A stretch of 64,000 nucleotides of DNA from Chloroflexota bacterium. Lineage in GTDB: Bacteria; Chloroflexota; Dehalococcoidia; E44-bin15. The translations under genes and the position numbers were made by a program. Shown piece after piece: positions 49,059 through 58,890 of the stretch. Numbering within the stretch: position 1 is the stretch's first letter; the number at the start of each line of letters is the position of its first letter. The stretch is taken from the NCBI GenBank assembly GCA_030604825.1, contig JAUVVB010000010.1:2109-66108 (forward strand), read 5' to 3'. Below the pieces are notes generated by a model that was given only the letters and a program-made list of their open reading frames with translations, searched no databases and was not told where the DNA came from.

Positions 49059-50139
49059 CATCGCCCTTTTGCCCGGCGATGGCGTTGGTCCCGAGGTCAC
49101 CGCTGAGGCGGTCAAGGTTCTTGAGGCGGTGGGCAAAAGGTTCCATCACCAGTTCTCCTTTAATCAAGGGGACATTGGCGGGATCGCCATCGACCACCAC
49201 GGGGTGGCTCTGACCGGGGATACGCTCAACATGTGCCAGAGGTGCGATGCCGTCCTCCTAGGGGCGGTGGGCGGCCCCAAATGGGATGACCCCAGGGCGA
49301 AGGTTCGCCCTGAGGACGGGCTTCTCGCCCTGAGAAAGGGGCTCAGGCTCTTTGCCAACCTCCGCCCGGTAAAGGTTCTCCCCATGCTCATCGATTCCAC
49401 CACCATAAAGCCCGACGTGATTAAAGGGGTTGACCTGGTGGTGGTTCGTGAGCTTACCGGCGGGCTCTACTTCGGCAAACCCAAGAGGCAGTGGCAGACA
49501 GCCAGAGGGAGGAAAGCGGTAGATACCCTGGCCTACTCCGAGAAGGAGATCGAGCGCATCCTCAGGGTTGGCTTTGAGCTTGCCCGAAGCCGCAGGAAAA
49601 GGCTGGCCTCGGTGGACAAGGCCAATGTGCTGGAATCCTCCCGGCTTTGGCGGCAGATCGCCATAGAGCTCTCCATCCACTATCCCGATGTGGAGCTGCA
49701 GCACCTGTTGGTGGATGCCTGCGCCATGAGACTCATCCAGCGCCCTTCGGAGTTCGATGTAATCGTCACCGAGAACATGTTTGGCGACATCCTCACCGAT
49801 GAGGCATCGATGCTTGCCGGCTCCATGGGGATGCTGCCCTCGGCAAGCCTCGCCGGAATTCCCAAGGCAGGGGAAAAGACCTTCGGCATGTACGAGCCCA
49901 TCCATGGCAGCGCCCCGAGAAGGGCGGGGCAGAACATAGCCAACCCCATCGCCATGATCACGAGCGTGGCCATGATGCTGCGCTACTCTTTCGCCCTGGC
50001 GGAGGAGGCGGAAGCGATAGAGGGGGCGGTAAGCGATGTGCTGGAGGAAGGTTACCGCACTTATGATATAATGGAGGAAGGCAAAAAGCAGATAGGCACC
50101 AGGGAGATGGGGGATTTAATTGCGGGGAGAATGGGTTGA
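49048..50139 (+). CDS. leuB: 3-isopropylmalate dehydrogenase
   Basis: 363 aa. Isocitrate/isopropylmalate dehydrogenase signature [26 protein letters not shown]. Confidence 0.9.
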   Translation: MRFDIALLPGDGVGPEVTAEAVKVLEAVGKRFHHQFSFNQGDIGGIAIDHHGVALTGDTLNMCQRCDAVLLGAVGGPKWDDPRAKVRPEDGLLALRKGLRLFANLRPVKVLPMLIDSTTIKPDVIKGVDLVVVRELTGGLYFGKPKRQWQTARGRKAVDTLAYSEKEIERILRVGFELARSRRKRLASVDKANVLESSRLWRQIAIELSIHYPDVELQHLLVDACAMRLIQRPSEFDVIVTENMFGDILTDEASMLAGSMGMLPSASLAGIPKAGEKTFGMYEPIHGSAPRRAGQNIANPIAMITSVAMMLRYSFALAEEAEAIEGAVSDVLEEGYRTYDIMEEGKKQIGTREMGDLIAGRMG

Positions 50140-50660
50140 TGGTGGAGAGGGTGGCAATCTTCATAGACGGAAGCAACTTCTACCACACCTTGAAGGACAA
50201 CTTCGCGCGGGCAGACCTGGATTTTGGAGCTCTTGCCTCTAAACTGTGTGGTGACCGCCTTCTTGTCCGCACCTATTACTACAATGTCCCTGTTGACCAG
50301 AAAAGGGAGCCCCAGAGATATGCTGACCAGCGGAAATTTCTCGCTCGGCTGCACCTGACCCCCTACCTTACCCTAAAGCTAGGACGGCTGGTTTACCGAG
50401 GAGGTATCCCCATCGAGAAGGGCGTTGATGTAAGGTTAGCCACCGACATGTTGAACCTGGCATGGAAGAATGTTTACGATACAGCGATCACCGTTACCGG
50501 AGATGGGGACTTTGCCGATGCGGTGGAGGCGGTGAAAGAGCTGGGCAAACATGTGGAGAACGCCTTTACCAAGAAGGGGTTGTCTCAGCACCTTCGGCAG
50601 GCTTGCGACCGCTTAATTATTTTAGACGAGGGTTTTCTGAAGGAATGCTGGCTAAAATAA
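50136..50660 (+). CDS. NYN-domain (LabA-like) nuclease, about 52% GC; start overlaps the leuB stop
   Basis: [14 protein letters not shown]...[17 protein letters not shown]...[16 protein letters not shown] matches the acidic-residue pattern of NYN/PIN-like ribonucleases. Confidence 0.7.
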   Translation: MMVERVAIFIDGSNFYHTLKDNFARADLDFGALASKLCGDRLLVRTYYYNVPVDQKREPQRYADQRKFLARLHLTPYLTLKLGRLVYRGGIPIEKGVDVRLATDMLNLAWKNVYDTAITVTGDGDFADAVEAVKELGKHVENAFTKKGLSQHLRQACDRLIILDEGFLKECWLK

Positions 50661-50812
50661 TAAGCAGGGGGTGAAAGTTTCCTTTGACCCCCTGGCGGTT
50701 ATTACCCGCCATGGCCTAAGCGATGGCGGGGCGATAATTACGTTATGATAATATATTAATACTGTTGAATTGTCAAGTCCTTTTTGAGAATTGGCAAACT
50801 CGGGGATAACAA

Positions 50813-52408
50813 ATGCGGCAGATCCAGCTCTATGACACCACCCTCAGAGATGGGGCGCAGCGGGAGGGAATCTCCTTCACCGTTGAGGATAAGCTCAGGA
50901 TCGCCAGTAAGCTGGACGAGCTGGGCATCCACTTCATCGAGGGGGGCTGGCCGGGCTCAAACCCCAAGGACGATGAGTTTTTCGCCAAAGCGAAGCAGCT
51001 CAACCTCTCCCACGCCCAGCTTGCCGCCTTCGCCTCAACCCGGCGACCAAAGATAAAGGCGGAAAGGGACCCTAGCCTTCGCGCCCTGCTTGAGGCGGGA
51101 ACCAGGGTGGTTACCATAGTGGGGAAGAGCTGGGAGCACCACGTAACTCAGGTATTGGGGACCACCCTTGAGGAAAACCTGCGCATGATCGCCGATTCCA
51201 TAGGCTATCTAAAATCCCAGGGGCGCATGGTCTTCTTCGATGCCGAGCACTTCTTCGATGGCTATAAGGCAAACCCGCAATACGCCCTGAAGACCATAAA
51301 GGCGGCCGCCGAAGCCGGGGCTGATTGCCTCATCCTCTGCGACACCAATGGTGGCGCCCTGCCCTCTGAGGTAGCTGTCGCCACCACTGCCGCCGCGGAG
51401 ATGGGCATCCCCCTGGGCATCCATGCCCATAACGATGCCGAGCTTGCGGTGGCAAATACCCTAGCCGCCATCGAGGCGGGAGCCACCCAAGTTCAGGGAA
51501 CCATCAACGGCTACGGCGAGCGCTGCGGAAACACCAACCTGTGCTCCATCATCCCCACCTTCAAGCTCAAAATGGGCATCCCCTGCATCAGCGACGAGCA
51601 GCTGGCCAAGCTGACCGAGATGGCCCACTATGTGGCCGAGGTAGCCAACCTCACCGTGGATAACCACCTTCCCTACGTAGGGTCAAGCGCCTTCGCCCAC
51701 AAGGCGGGGCTTCACGTCGATGCCATGATGAAGTGGGAGGAGAGCTATCATCACATCAATCCCGAGCAGGTGGGCAATCGGTGGCGCACCCTTATATCCG
51801 AGCTTTCGGGAAGGGGAGGCATAGTTTATAAGGCCAGGGAAAGGGGACTGGAGCTGGCCGCCAAGGATGAGCAGACCCGCGCCATACTGGAACAGATCAA
51901 GTCCATGGAGAGCCGCGGCTTCCAGTATGATGGCGCCGAAGCCTCCTTCGAGCTCCTTATCCGGCGGGCTCAGCCGGACTACCATCCCCCCTTCGAGCTG
52001 GTGGATTTCATGGTGGTGGTGGAAAAAAGGCGCCGCCCACCAACCATCGAGGAGGAGGAGCTCCTATCTGAGGCCACGGTGAAGGTGAAGGTGGGGACCG
52101 ATGTGATCCATACCGCAGCCGAGGGAAATGGTCCGGTAAATGCCCTAGATGCAGCGCTCCGTAAAGCATTGCTGGTTTTCTACCCCAGCCTGGCGGCGGT
52201 AAGGCTGGTGGACTATAAGGTTCGCGCCATCGAAGGAACGGAGGGAACCGCCTCCAGGGTGCGCGTCCTCATCGAATCCAGCGATGGCGAGCATGAGTGG
52301 AGGACGGTGGGCAGCTCCACCAACATCATCGAGGCAAGCTGGCTGGCACTGGCCGATAGCCTTGAGTACTGGCTGCTGAAAAAGCAAGGAGAGGGGACTA
52401 TACTTTAG
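50813..52408 (+). CDS. cimA: (R)-citramalate synthase (LeuA-family, CimA type)
   Basis: 531 aa. LYDTTLRDGAQ...IEGGWPGSNPKD...HAHND. The C-terminal LeuA-dimer-like domain and length fit CimA. Confidence 0.75.
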   Translation: MRQIQLYDTTLRDGAQREGISFTVEDKLRIASKLDELGIHFIEGGWPGSNPKDDEFFAKAKQLNLSHAQLAAFASTRRPKIKAERDPSLRALLEAGTRVVTIVGKSWEHHVTQVLGTTLEENLRMIADSIGYLKSQGRMVFFDAEHFFDGYKANPQYALKTIKAAAEAGADCLILCDTNGGALPSEVAVATTAAAEMGIPLGIHAHNDAELAVANTLAAIEAGATQVQGTINGYGERCGNTNLCSIIPTFKLKMGIPCISDEQLAKLTEMAHYVAEVANLTVDNHLPYVGSSAFAHKAGLHVDAMMKWEESYHHINPEQVGNRWRTLISELSGRGGIVYKARERGLELAAKDEQTRAILEQIKSMESRGFQYDGAEASFELLIRRAQPDYHPPFELVDFMVVVEKRRRPPTIEEEELLSEATVKVKVGTDVIHTAAEGNGPVNALDAALRKALLVFYPSLAAVRLVDYKVRAIEGTEGTASRVRVLIESSDGEHEWRTVGSSTNIIEASWLALADSLEYWLLKKQGEGTIL

Positions 52409-52596
52409 TACTAATGCTGGTGGAGATGGGCTGAGAGGGGTTGAGCTTCTGATTTTGCCCTTTATCCAACCAAAGATAGGCCATTCCTCTCCGTTTTTCG
52501 CCCCAAGTTCGTATGAAAATCTATCCCTTTTTCCCTTTTACATGATAATGCTATGTTTGACGGAATTCCCCCCGGGTCTTAAAGTCTAATCGGCTG

Positions 52597-54834
52597 ATGA
52601 ACAGGATAAGCTTAGCTCTCCGCAGTTGGCAAACAGGTCTTGGGGAGGGATTTAGGAGCAGCCTTCTCTTCCGAGGCGGGGCCTTCCTGCTGGGGTTACT
52701 CATCGTTTTGCGCATTACCAGCCTGGTGAACCCCGACTATCCCCTGGGCCCAGTGGCGGGGGTGCTTGGTGCTGCCATAATCCTGCAGGTCGGGTGCTAC
52801 TTCCTGCTCCGCCAGGAGCGCCTGCTTACCCCCCTCAGCTGGCTCCTCCTGGTCACCGACATCCTGGCAATAAGCCTGCTGGTGTATTTCACCGGGGGGG
52901 TGGAGAGCATCTTCCTCTGGGCTTACCTGCTGATAATACTGTGGTGGGGATATATGGTCAGACTAACCGGGGCTGTTGTCGCCGGGGCGATCTCGCTGGC
53001 CGCTTTCTGGCTTTTCAACGGACTGGAACTGGGGGGAGCCCTGCCCCACTACCAGCTCCTTCCCCTGGAGGAAAGCTTCTACCAACACCTGCCGCTGGTG
53101 GGCGCTATTGGCGCCGTCTATTCCCTGGCCATCCCCCTGGTGGTCTGGATCGGCGGCTATCTCTCCACCCGCCGTCAGCAGGAGAGCAAAAAGCTGGGTT
53201 ATCTGGATGGGGTGAAGGCCTTTGTGGAGGCGGTGGAGGCCAAGGACCCCCATACCAAGGGTCATTCGGAAAGGGTGGCCCATTATAGCGTGCTCATTGC
53301 CCAGGAATTGGGACTGAAGAGGAAGGAAGTTGAGCTCATCAGGGAGGCAGGGCTTGTTCATGACGTGGGAAAGGTCTTCCTCCCCGAGGAGGTGCTCACC
53401 ACCAAGGGGGCTCTGGACCCGGCGCAGCAGGTGGCAATGATGAGCCACCCCTTGCTAAGCTATGAGGTGCTGGGGAAATCCGGTGCCCCTAAAGAAGTCC
53501 TCCTTCCGGTAAGGCATCACCATGAGTGGTACGGGGGAGGAGGCTATCCCGATGGGCTCTCGGGGGAGCAAATACCATTGGCAGCACGCATCATGGCGGT
53601 GGCTGACGCCTTTGAGGCGATGACCGCCGGGCGCTCTTACCGGGGGCGACGCCCCATCAAGGAGACGGCCAAGGAGCTCACCAAGGGGAAGGGGACCCAG
53701 TTTGACCCCAAGGTGGTGGATGCCTTCCTCAAGCGATTGGAGACGGAAGAGGTACCTACCCGATTGCCCAAGGGGGTGCCCGCCGCAGTGGCAAGTGAGG
53801 AGTCAAAGATCCCCCTTGCCCGCAAGGAGCTGCCCTGGACCCTGGGCATGATGACGGTAACCCAGTACAAGGCCTCCACCATCCTGTTTCGACTGGGCCA
53901 GGAGGTGCGCTCCATCCTGGACCGTAAGACCATCCTGTCAAGGGTTCTGGCCCTGCTCAAGGAGGTCCAGGGCTATGAGAACTGCGCCATCTTCGTCATG
54001 GAGGATGGGGAGCTGGTGATGCAGGCAGCCATCGGCTATCGGCTGCACCAGCGGGGGGCAAGGGTGGCTAAGGGGGAGGGAGTCATCGGATGGGTGGCGG
54101 AGAACGATGTGGTGCGCCTGATCCCGGATGTAACCGTCAACCCCAGCTATATGGAGAGCAGCTTTCTGAAGACGGGGACGATGCTGGTTGTCCCCCTCTG
54201 CGCGGAGAGAAGGGTGATAGCAGTTCTGGTGATAGAGAACGAGATAGCCGATGCCTTCACCGTGGAGGACGTCCACCTGGTGGAGGCCATTGCGCCGCAT
54301 ATTGCAGCGGTGATCGAGGTGGCCTTGCTTCACGAGCAGGCGAAGACGGCTGCCGCCTATGACAGCCTGACCGGGGTTCACAACCATCGCTATTTCTACC
54401 AGCGCCTGGGGGAGGAGCTGGCCCACGCCCACCGCCATGGGCACCCCCTCTCCATCGCCATCATCGATGTCGATGAACTGAAAAGGATAAACGACCTCTA
54501 TGGGCACCTCGCCGGGGATGAGGCACTGCGGCACATGGGGCACATTCTGAGGGAAAAGGTGAGAGCTTCCGATGTGGTGGCCAGATACGGGGGGGACGAG
54601 TTCGCCATCATCATGCCAGAGACGGATAAGCAGGAGGCGGAGAACGCAATAGCCAGGCTTATGGTTCTGCTGGACGCAGCAACGGTTCAGCATAATGACC
54701 AGAGCTTCCCCATGCCCCACCGCTCCCACGGGCTGGCCACTTTCCCCGGGGACGGCGATAACCCCACCGAGCTCTTCGCCGTTGCCGACGCCGCTCTGTA
54801 TCAGGCAAAGGGTAAAAAGGCCGGTAGCAGCTAA
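52597..54834 (+). CDS. Membrane-anchored c-di-GMP signalling protein: N-terminal polytopic sensor, HD-GYP phosphodiesterase, GAF, GGDEF
   Basis: About 6 N-terminal TM helices. HD-GYP motifs (VHDVGKV...HHEWYGGGGYPDGL). GAF region. C-terminal RYGGDEFAII diguanylate cyclase motif. Confidence 0.8.
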   Translation: MNRISLALRSWQTGLGEGFRSSLLFRGGAFLLGLLIVLRITSLVNPDYPLGPVAGVLGAAIILQVGCYFLLRQERLLTPLSWLLLVTDILAISLLVYFTGGVESIFLWAYLLIILWWGYMVRLTGAVVAGAISLAAFWLFNGLELGGALPHYQLLPLEESFYQHLPLVGAIGAVYSLAIPLVVWIGGYLSTRRQQESKKLGYLDGVKAFVEAVEAKDPHTKGHSERVAHYSVLIAQELGLKRKEVELIREAGLVHDVGKVFLPEEVLTTKGALDPAQQVAMMSHPLLSYEVLGKSGAPKEVLLPVRHHHEWYGGGGYPDGLSGEQIPLAARIMAVADAFEAMTAGRSYRGRRPIKETAKELTKGKGTQFDPKVVDAFLKRLETEEVPTRLPKGVPAAVASEESKIPLARKELPWTLGMMTVTQYKASTILFRLGQEVRSILDRKTILSRVLALLKEVQGYENCAIFVMEDGELVMQAAIGYRLHQRGARVAKGEGVIGWVAENDVVRLIPDVTVNPSYMESSFLKTGTMLVVPLCAERRVIAVLVIENEIADAFTVEDVHLVEAIAPHIAAVIEVALLHEQAKTAAAYDSLTGVHNHRYFYQRLGEELAHAHRHGHPLSIAIIDVDELKRINDLYGHLAGDEALRHMGHILREKVRASDVVARYGGDEFAIIMPETDKQEAENAIARLMVLLDAATVQHNDQSFPMPHRSHGLATFPGDGDNPTELFAVADAALYQAKGKKAGSS

Positions 54835-54843
54835 GGGTTTAGG

Positions 54844-55467
54844 TCATCTCGGCTTTCCCACAGGAATTATGTAAAGGGGCTTCGCCTCTTTTCCCAGGTC
54901 CAGCACCCGGCTCACCTCTTCATCGTAGAAGGCGCCGACCATCACCACCGCCAGGCCCAGGGTCTCCGCCTGCAGATGGATGTTCTCCCCTACGTGCCCC
55001 ACCTCCATGTGAACATACCTTTCCGCCCTCCTGCCATACCGCCAGACGGTCCTCTCATATAGGGCACAGATGACGATATCCACCAGAGCCTGGGCGATGA
55101 ATTCCTCATCCAGGGCAGCAGCGGAGAGGGCATCCCTGAAATCCCCCCCTTTGTGCCGGCTCAGGGAGTGGTTTTCCACGTTGTAGTGATAGATCCCCGC
55201 CTCAAGCCCGTCAACGCCATCCCTGCCCACCACCACATAGAGCTCCAGGGGGTAGGTGGCGCCGGCGCTGGGGGCTGCCCTCAGCCCTTGGGCGCTGGTA
55301 ATCCCCTGTGCCGCCCACAATATCTGGGAGAGCTGGAAGAGGGACAGGGGCTCTCTGCGGTACCTCCTCACCGACCTTCTCCGCGAGATGGCCTCCTCAA
55401 CGGACATCGTTCCGCTGCGGGAGGGGGGAGGCAGGTCGAACTCCTTGGAATGCTCCTCAGGCCCCAT
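54844..55467 (-). CDS. Nitroreductase-family protein (SagB-type dehydrogenase-like)
   Basis: 207 aa. RRSVRRY...LSQILWAAQGIT...YPLELYVVV pattern of the nitroreductase/SagB fold. Confidence 0.6.
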   Translation of the reverse strand: MGPEEHSKEFDLPPPSRSGTMSVEEAISRRRSVRRYRREPLSLFQLSQILWAAQGITSAQGLRAAPSAGATYPLELYVVVGRDGVDGLEAGIYHYNVENHSLSRHKGGDFRDALSAAALDEEFIAQALVDIVICALYERTVWRYGRRAERYVHMEVGHVGENIHLQAETLGLAVVMVGAFYDEEVSRVLDLGKEAKPLYIIPVGKPR

Positions 55468-55476
55468 GGTAAATCC

Positions 55477-56652
55477 TCAGAGAAGCTGGGCACTGGCCTC
55501 AGCAGTGACGATGCGGTAGACCTCCTGGAGGGGAAGGGCGTGCTCCTGGGCAAGACGGCGACAGTCCTCGTATTCAGCGGAGAGGCCAACCCTTTTGCCC
55601 CCAAGGCGCTTCACCTTCACCATGACCGGGCCCAGGCTGGATTGGAAGGGGATCATCTCCCGCTCAGATTCGTGGCGCTTCACCTCTTTAACCCGAAGGC
55701 CAAAGGTGGAGGTCTCCCGAAATATGGTCTCCACCATCCTCCCCTCCGCCTCCTCGGGGGCGAGGACGCTGAGCATCAGCGCCGGGCGGTTCTTCTTCAT
55801 CTGAATGGGGGTAAACCACACATCCAGGGCACCCCCCTCGAAGAGGCGCTCCTGGATATGGCCATAAAGCTCGGGGCTCATATCGTCGATGTTGGTTTCC
55901 AGCAGAAGGAGATGGCGCTCCTCCTCCCTCCCCTCCCCGACCCAGAGGGGGAGAACGTTGGGCAGGCTCTCCAGCTCCCGGGCACCAACCCCGTAGCCAA
56001 TGCGCTCAACGGAGAAGGTAGGGCGGTCAAAGGAGGCCAGGGTGGTGACGATGGCCGCCCCGGTAGGGGTGACCAGCTCCCCCAGCTCGGGGGAGGGGGT
56101 GGGCCTAAGCGGGGCATGGGATGAGGCGATTAGCTCCAGGGTGGCGGGCGCAGGCACGGGCAGCACCCCCTGTTCCGTCTGAACCAGGCCGCTTCCGCTG
56201 GGCAGGGGGGATGAAAAGAGGGCCTCGATGCCCAAGAGCTCAAGGCCAATCACCGCCCCCACCACGTCAACGATGGCGTCGGTGGCCCCCACCTCATGAA
56301 AGTGGACCTCCTCTACGGGGACCCGGTGAACCTTTGCCTCGGCAGAGGCCAGGCGACGAAAGATAAGGGCGCACCGCTCTTTCGTCTTTTGGGACAAGGG
56401 GCCTTCTTGGACCAGGTTCAGTATCTGCTTTAGATTACGCCCTTCCGGGGTGCTGCCCTCTAGGATCACCTCCGCTTTGGTGCCAGTGATCACCCCCCGT
56501 CTCGCTGGCTGGGCCGATATGCGGTAGCCGGCAAGGGGGAGCTTGGCAAGCTCAGCGGCGAGCAGCTCCAGGGGGAGCCCGACATCGAGAAGGGCGCCCA
56601 GGATCATATCCCCGCTCAAGCCAGAGAAGCAATCCAGATAGCCGACCTTCAA
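55477..56652 (-). CDS. larC: LarC, nickel-pincer cofactor nickel insertase (DUF111)
   Basis: 391 aa. MKVGYLDCFSGLSGDMILGALLDVG N-terminus and HFHEVGATDAIVD motif. Confidence 0.8.
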   Translation of the reverse strand: MKVGYLDCFSGLSGDMILGALLDVGLPLELLAAELAKLPLAGYRISAQPARRGVITGTKAEVILEGSTPEGRNLKQILNLVQEGPLSQKTKERCALIFRRLASAEAKVHRVPVEEVHFHEVGATDAIVDVVGAVIGLELLGIEALFSSPLPSGSGLVQTEQGVLPVPAPATLELIASSHAPLRPTPSPELGELVTPTGAAIVTTLASFDRPTFSVERIGYGVGARELESLPNVLPLWVGEGREEERHLLLLETNIDDMSPELYGHIQERLFEGGALDVWFTPIQMKKNRPALMLSVLAPEEAEGRMVETIFRETSTFGLRVKEVKRHESEREMIPFQSSLGPVMVKVKRLGGKRVGLSAEYEDCRRLAQEHALPLQEVYRIVTAEASAQLL

Positions 56653-57467
56653 CGTGCCTCCTTAAGCGACTCAGCCATGCTCCCGGTGCGGTACCCCGCC
56701 AGGTCGAGGGTGATATAGATATAGCCCAGGGCACGAAGCTCCGCCACCACCTTAAGGCTTGTTTCCACATCGCCGAGAAGCGCCATATCCTGGGGGCTTG
56801 CCTCAATGCGGGCAATGCTGCCATGATGGCGCACCCGAAAATGGCGCAGCCCCAACTTGGCCAGCGCCTCCTCCGCCCTCATGATGCGCTCCAGGAGCTC
56901 AGCGGCGATGGGCATGCCATAGGGGATGCGGGAGGCGAGGCAAGCCATTGGCGGCTTATCCCAGTTGGGCAAGCCCAGGCTTTGGGAAAGGGCGCGAATC
57001 TCCGCCTTGGTGAGGCCAGCCTCGAGGAGGGGGCTTCTCACCCCAAACTCCTGGGCAGCGATCCTTCCCGGCCGAAAATCCCCCAGGTCATCGCGATTGG
57101 TGCCATCGACCACCCCCTTAAGCCCGTTCTCTTTGGCGATCTGGCTCAACAGACGAAAAAGTCCCCGCTTGCAGTAGTAGCAGCGATGGCGGTCATTAGC
57201 TACGAAGGAGGGATCATCAAGCTCGTTGGTCTCGATAATGAGATGGCGCAGACCAAGCTGGCGAGCCAACGATTCAGCCTGAGCGATCTCTGAAGGAGGG
57301 TAAACGGGCGAAACAGCGGTAACCGCCAGCGCCTTCTGGCCCAGGGTCTCATGGGCGATAAAGGCAAGCAGGGTGCTATCGACGCCGCCGGAGTAGGCGA
57401 CGGCTGCTGAGCCCAGCTCGGCGAGCTGGGACCTAACCTTGGCCAGTTTTTCTTCCACCTTTAGCAA
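56649..57467 (-). CDS. larE: LarE, ATP-dependent sacrificial sulfur transferase (PP-loop)
   Basis: 272 aa. PP-loop SGGVDST. The catalytic Cys region CYYCK is present. Confidence 0.8.
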   Translation of the reverse strand: MLKVEEKLAKVRSQLAELGSAAVAYSGGVDSTLLAFIAHETLGQKALAVTAVSPVYPPSEIAQAESLARQLGLRHLIIETNELDDPSFVANDRHRCYYCKRGLFRLLSQIAKENGLKGVVDGTNRDDLGDFRPGRIAAQEFGVRSPLLEAGLTKAEIRALSQSLGLPNWDKPPMACLASRIPYGMPIAAELLERIMRAEEALAKLGLRHFRVRHHGSIARIEASPQDMALLGDVETSLKVVAELRALGYIYITLDLAGYRTGSMAESLKEAR

Positions 57468-58812
57468 GGGCCACCCTTAACGCTTCCCTCACCGATTCCA
57501 CGGCGATGGCCTCCATTCCCTGAGGGGCACTAACCCTGGCCGCTCTGGGGAGGAGGCAGCGCCTAAATCCCAGCTTTGCCGCCTCGCCGAGCCTTCTCTC
57601 CAGCTGAGGCACACCCCTTAGCTCACCGCTCAGCCCCAACTCCCCGATGACCACCAGGCTGGGGTCGATGGCATCGCCGCGAAGGCTGGAGGAGATGGCA
57701 AGGGCGATTCCGAGGTCGGCGGCGGGCTCGCTCACCCTCAGCCCACCAACCACATTGACGATGATATCCTGACTCCCCAGGGCAAGGCCGACCCGCCGGG
57801 AGAGAACGGCGGCGATGAGGAGAAGGCGGTTGAAGTCGATGCCGTTGGCGGTGCGTCGGGGAAGTCCAAAGCTTGAGGGGCTGGTGAGCGCCTGGATCTC
57901 CACCAGGAGGGGTCTCGTCCCCTCCAGGGTGGGAACCACTGCCGAGCCCACGGTATCGCCAGCCCGTTGCGACAGGAAAACCTGGGAAGGGTTATCCACC
58001 TCCACCAGGCCGTTTCCCCCCATCTCGAAGATGCCCACCTCGTTGGTGGAGCCAAAGCGGTTCTTCACCCCCCTCAGCAGCCGGTAGGAGCTGAAGGGCT
58101 CCCCCTCCAGATAGAGCACCACATCCACGATATGCTCCAGCACCCTGGGCCCGGCGATGGCGCCATCCTTGGTAACATGCCCTGAGAGCAGAACGGGAAC
58201 GCCAGCCACCTTTGCCCACTGCATCAATCTCATGGTGCACTCTCGAATCTGAGCCACGCTCCCCGGGGATGAGCCCACATCATCGAGGTAAACCGTCTGA
58301 ATGGAATCGACGACCACCAGCTCGGGGGACTCCCGTTCCAATTGCTCCAGGATGAGCTCCAGGTTTGTCTCGGGGAGGATGAACAGCCCCTCGCCGCCAA
58401 GGCCGAGGCGATTTGCCCTCAGCCTAACCTGCCCCAGCGACTCCTCGCCGGAGACATAGAGCACCCTCCTCCCCTGCTGGGAAACCATGGCCGAGACCTG
58501 AAGCAGGAGGGTTGATTTGCCAATTCCGGGGTCACCTCCGATGAGCACCAGGGAGCCGGGGACGATGCCCCCTCCCAAAACCCGGTTAAACTCGGCGCAG
58601 GAGGTGGCAAGGCGGGGCAGCCCCTCGCTGGCCACCTGGGAGAGTTCCTGAGGGGCGGTTGAGGGCAGCCGGGAAGGGCGGCCTGGGGCAGGGGGCACCA
58701 TTTCCACAAAGGTGTTCCAGCCGTGGCAATCGGGGCAGCGGCCCAGCCATTTTATGCTCTCCCTGCCGCACTGCTGGCAAACGAAAATAACCCTCTCCCG
58801 ACGTTTGGCCAT
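57433..58812 (-). CDS. radA: DNA repair protein RadA/Sms
   Basis: C4 zinc finger (CQQCGRE...CPDC), Walker A GDPGIGKST, KNRFG motif and a Lon-like C-terminal domain. Confidence 0.9.
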   Translation of the reverse strand: MAKRRERVIFVCQQCGRESIKWLGRCPDCHGWNTFVEMVPPAPGRPSRLPSTAPQELSQVASEGLPRLATSCAEFNRVLGGGIVPGSLVLIGGDPGIGKSTLLLQVSAMVSQQGRRVLYVSGEESLGQVRLRANRLGLGGEGLFILPETNLELILEQLERESPELVVVDSIQTVYLDDVGSSPGSVAQIRECTMRLMQWAKVAGVPVLLSGHVTKDGAIAGPRVLEHIVDVVLYLEGEPFSSYRLLRGVKNRFGSTNEVGIFEMGGNGLVEVDNPSQVFLSQRAGDTVGSAVVPTLEGTRPLLVEIQALTSPSSFGLPRRTANGIDFNRLLLIAAVLSRRVGLALGSQDIIVNVVGGLRVSEPAADLGIALAISSSLRGDAIDPSLVVIGELGLSGELRGVPQLERRLGEAAKLGFRRCLLPRAARVSAPQGMEAIAVESVREALRVALAKGGRKTGQG

Positions 58813-58890
58813 GGCAAACCTCTAAAGCAGAAGGGGAAGCCCAAAAAGGGCCTCCCCGTGAGAAACCCGCTACTTCCCAACCCCCTTGCC

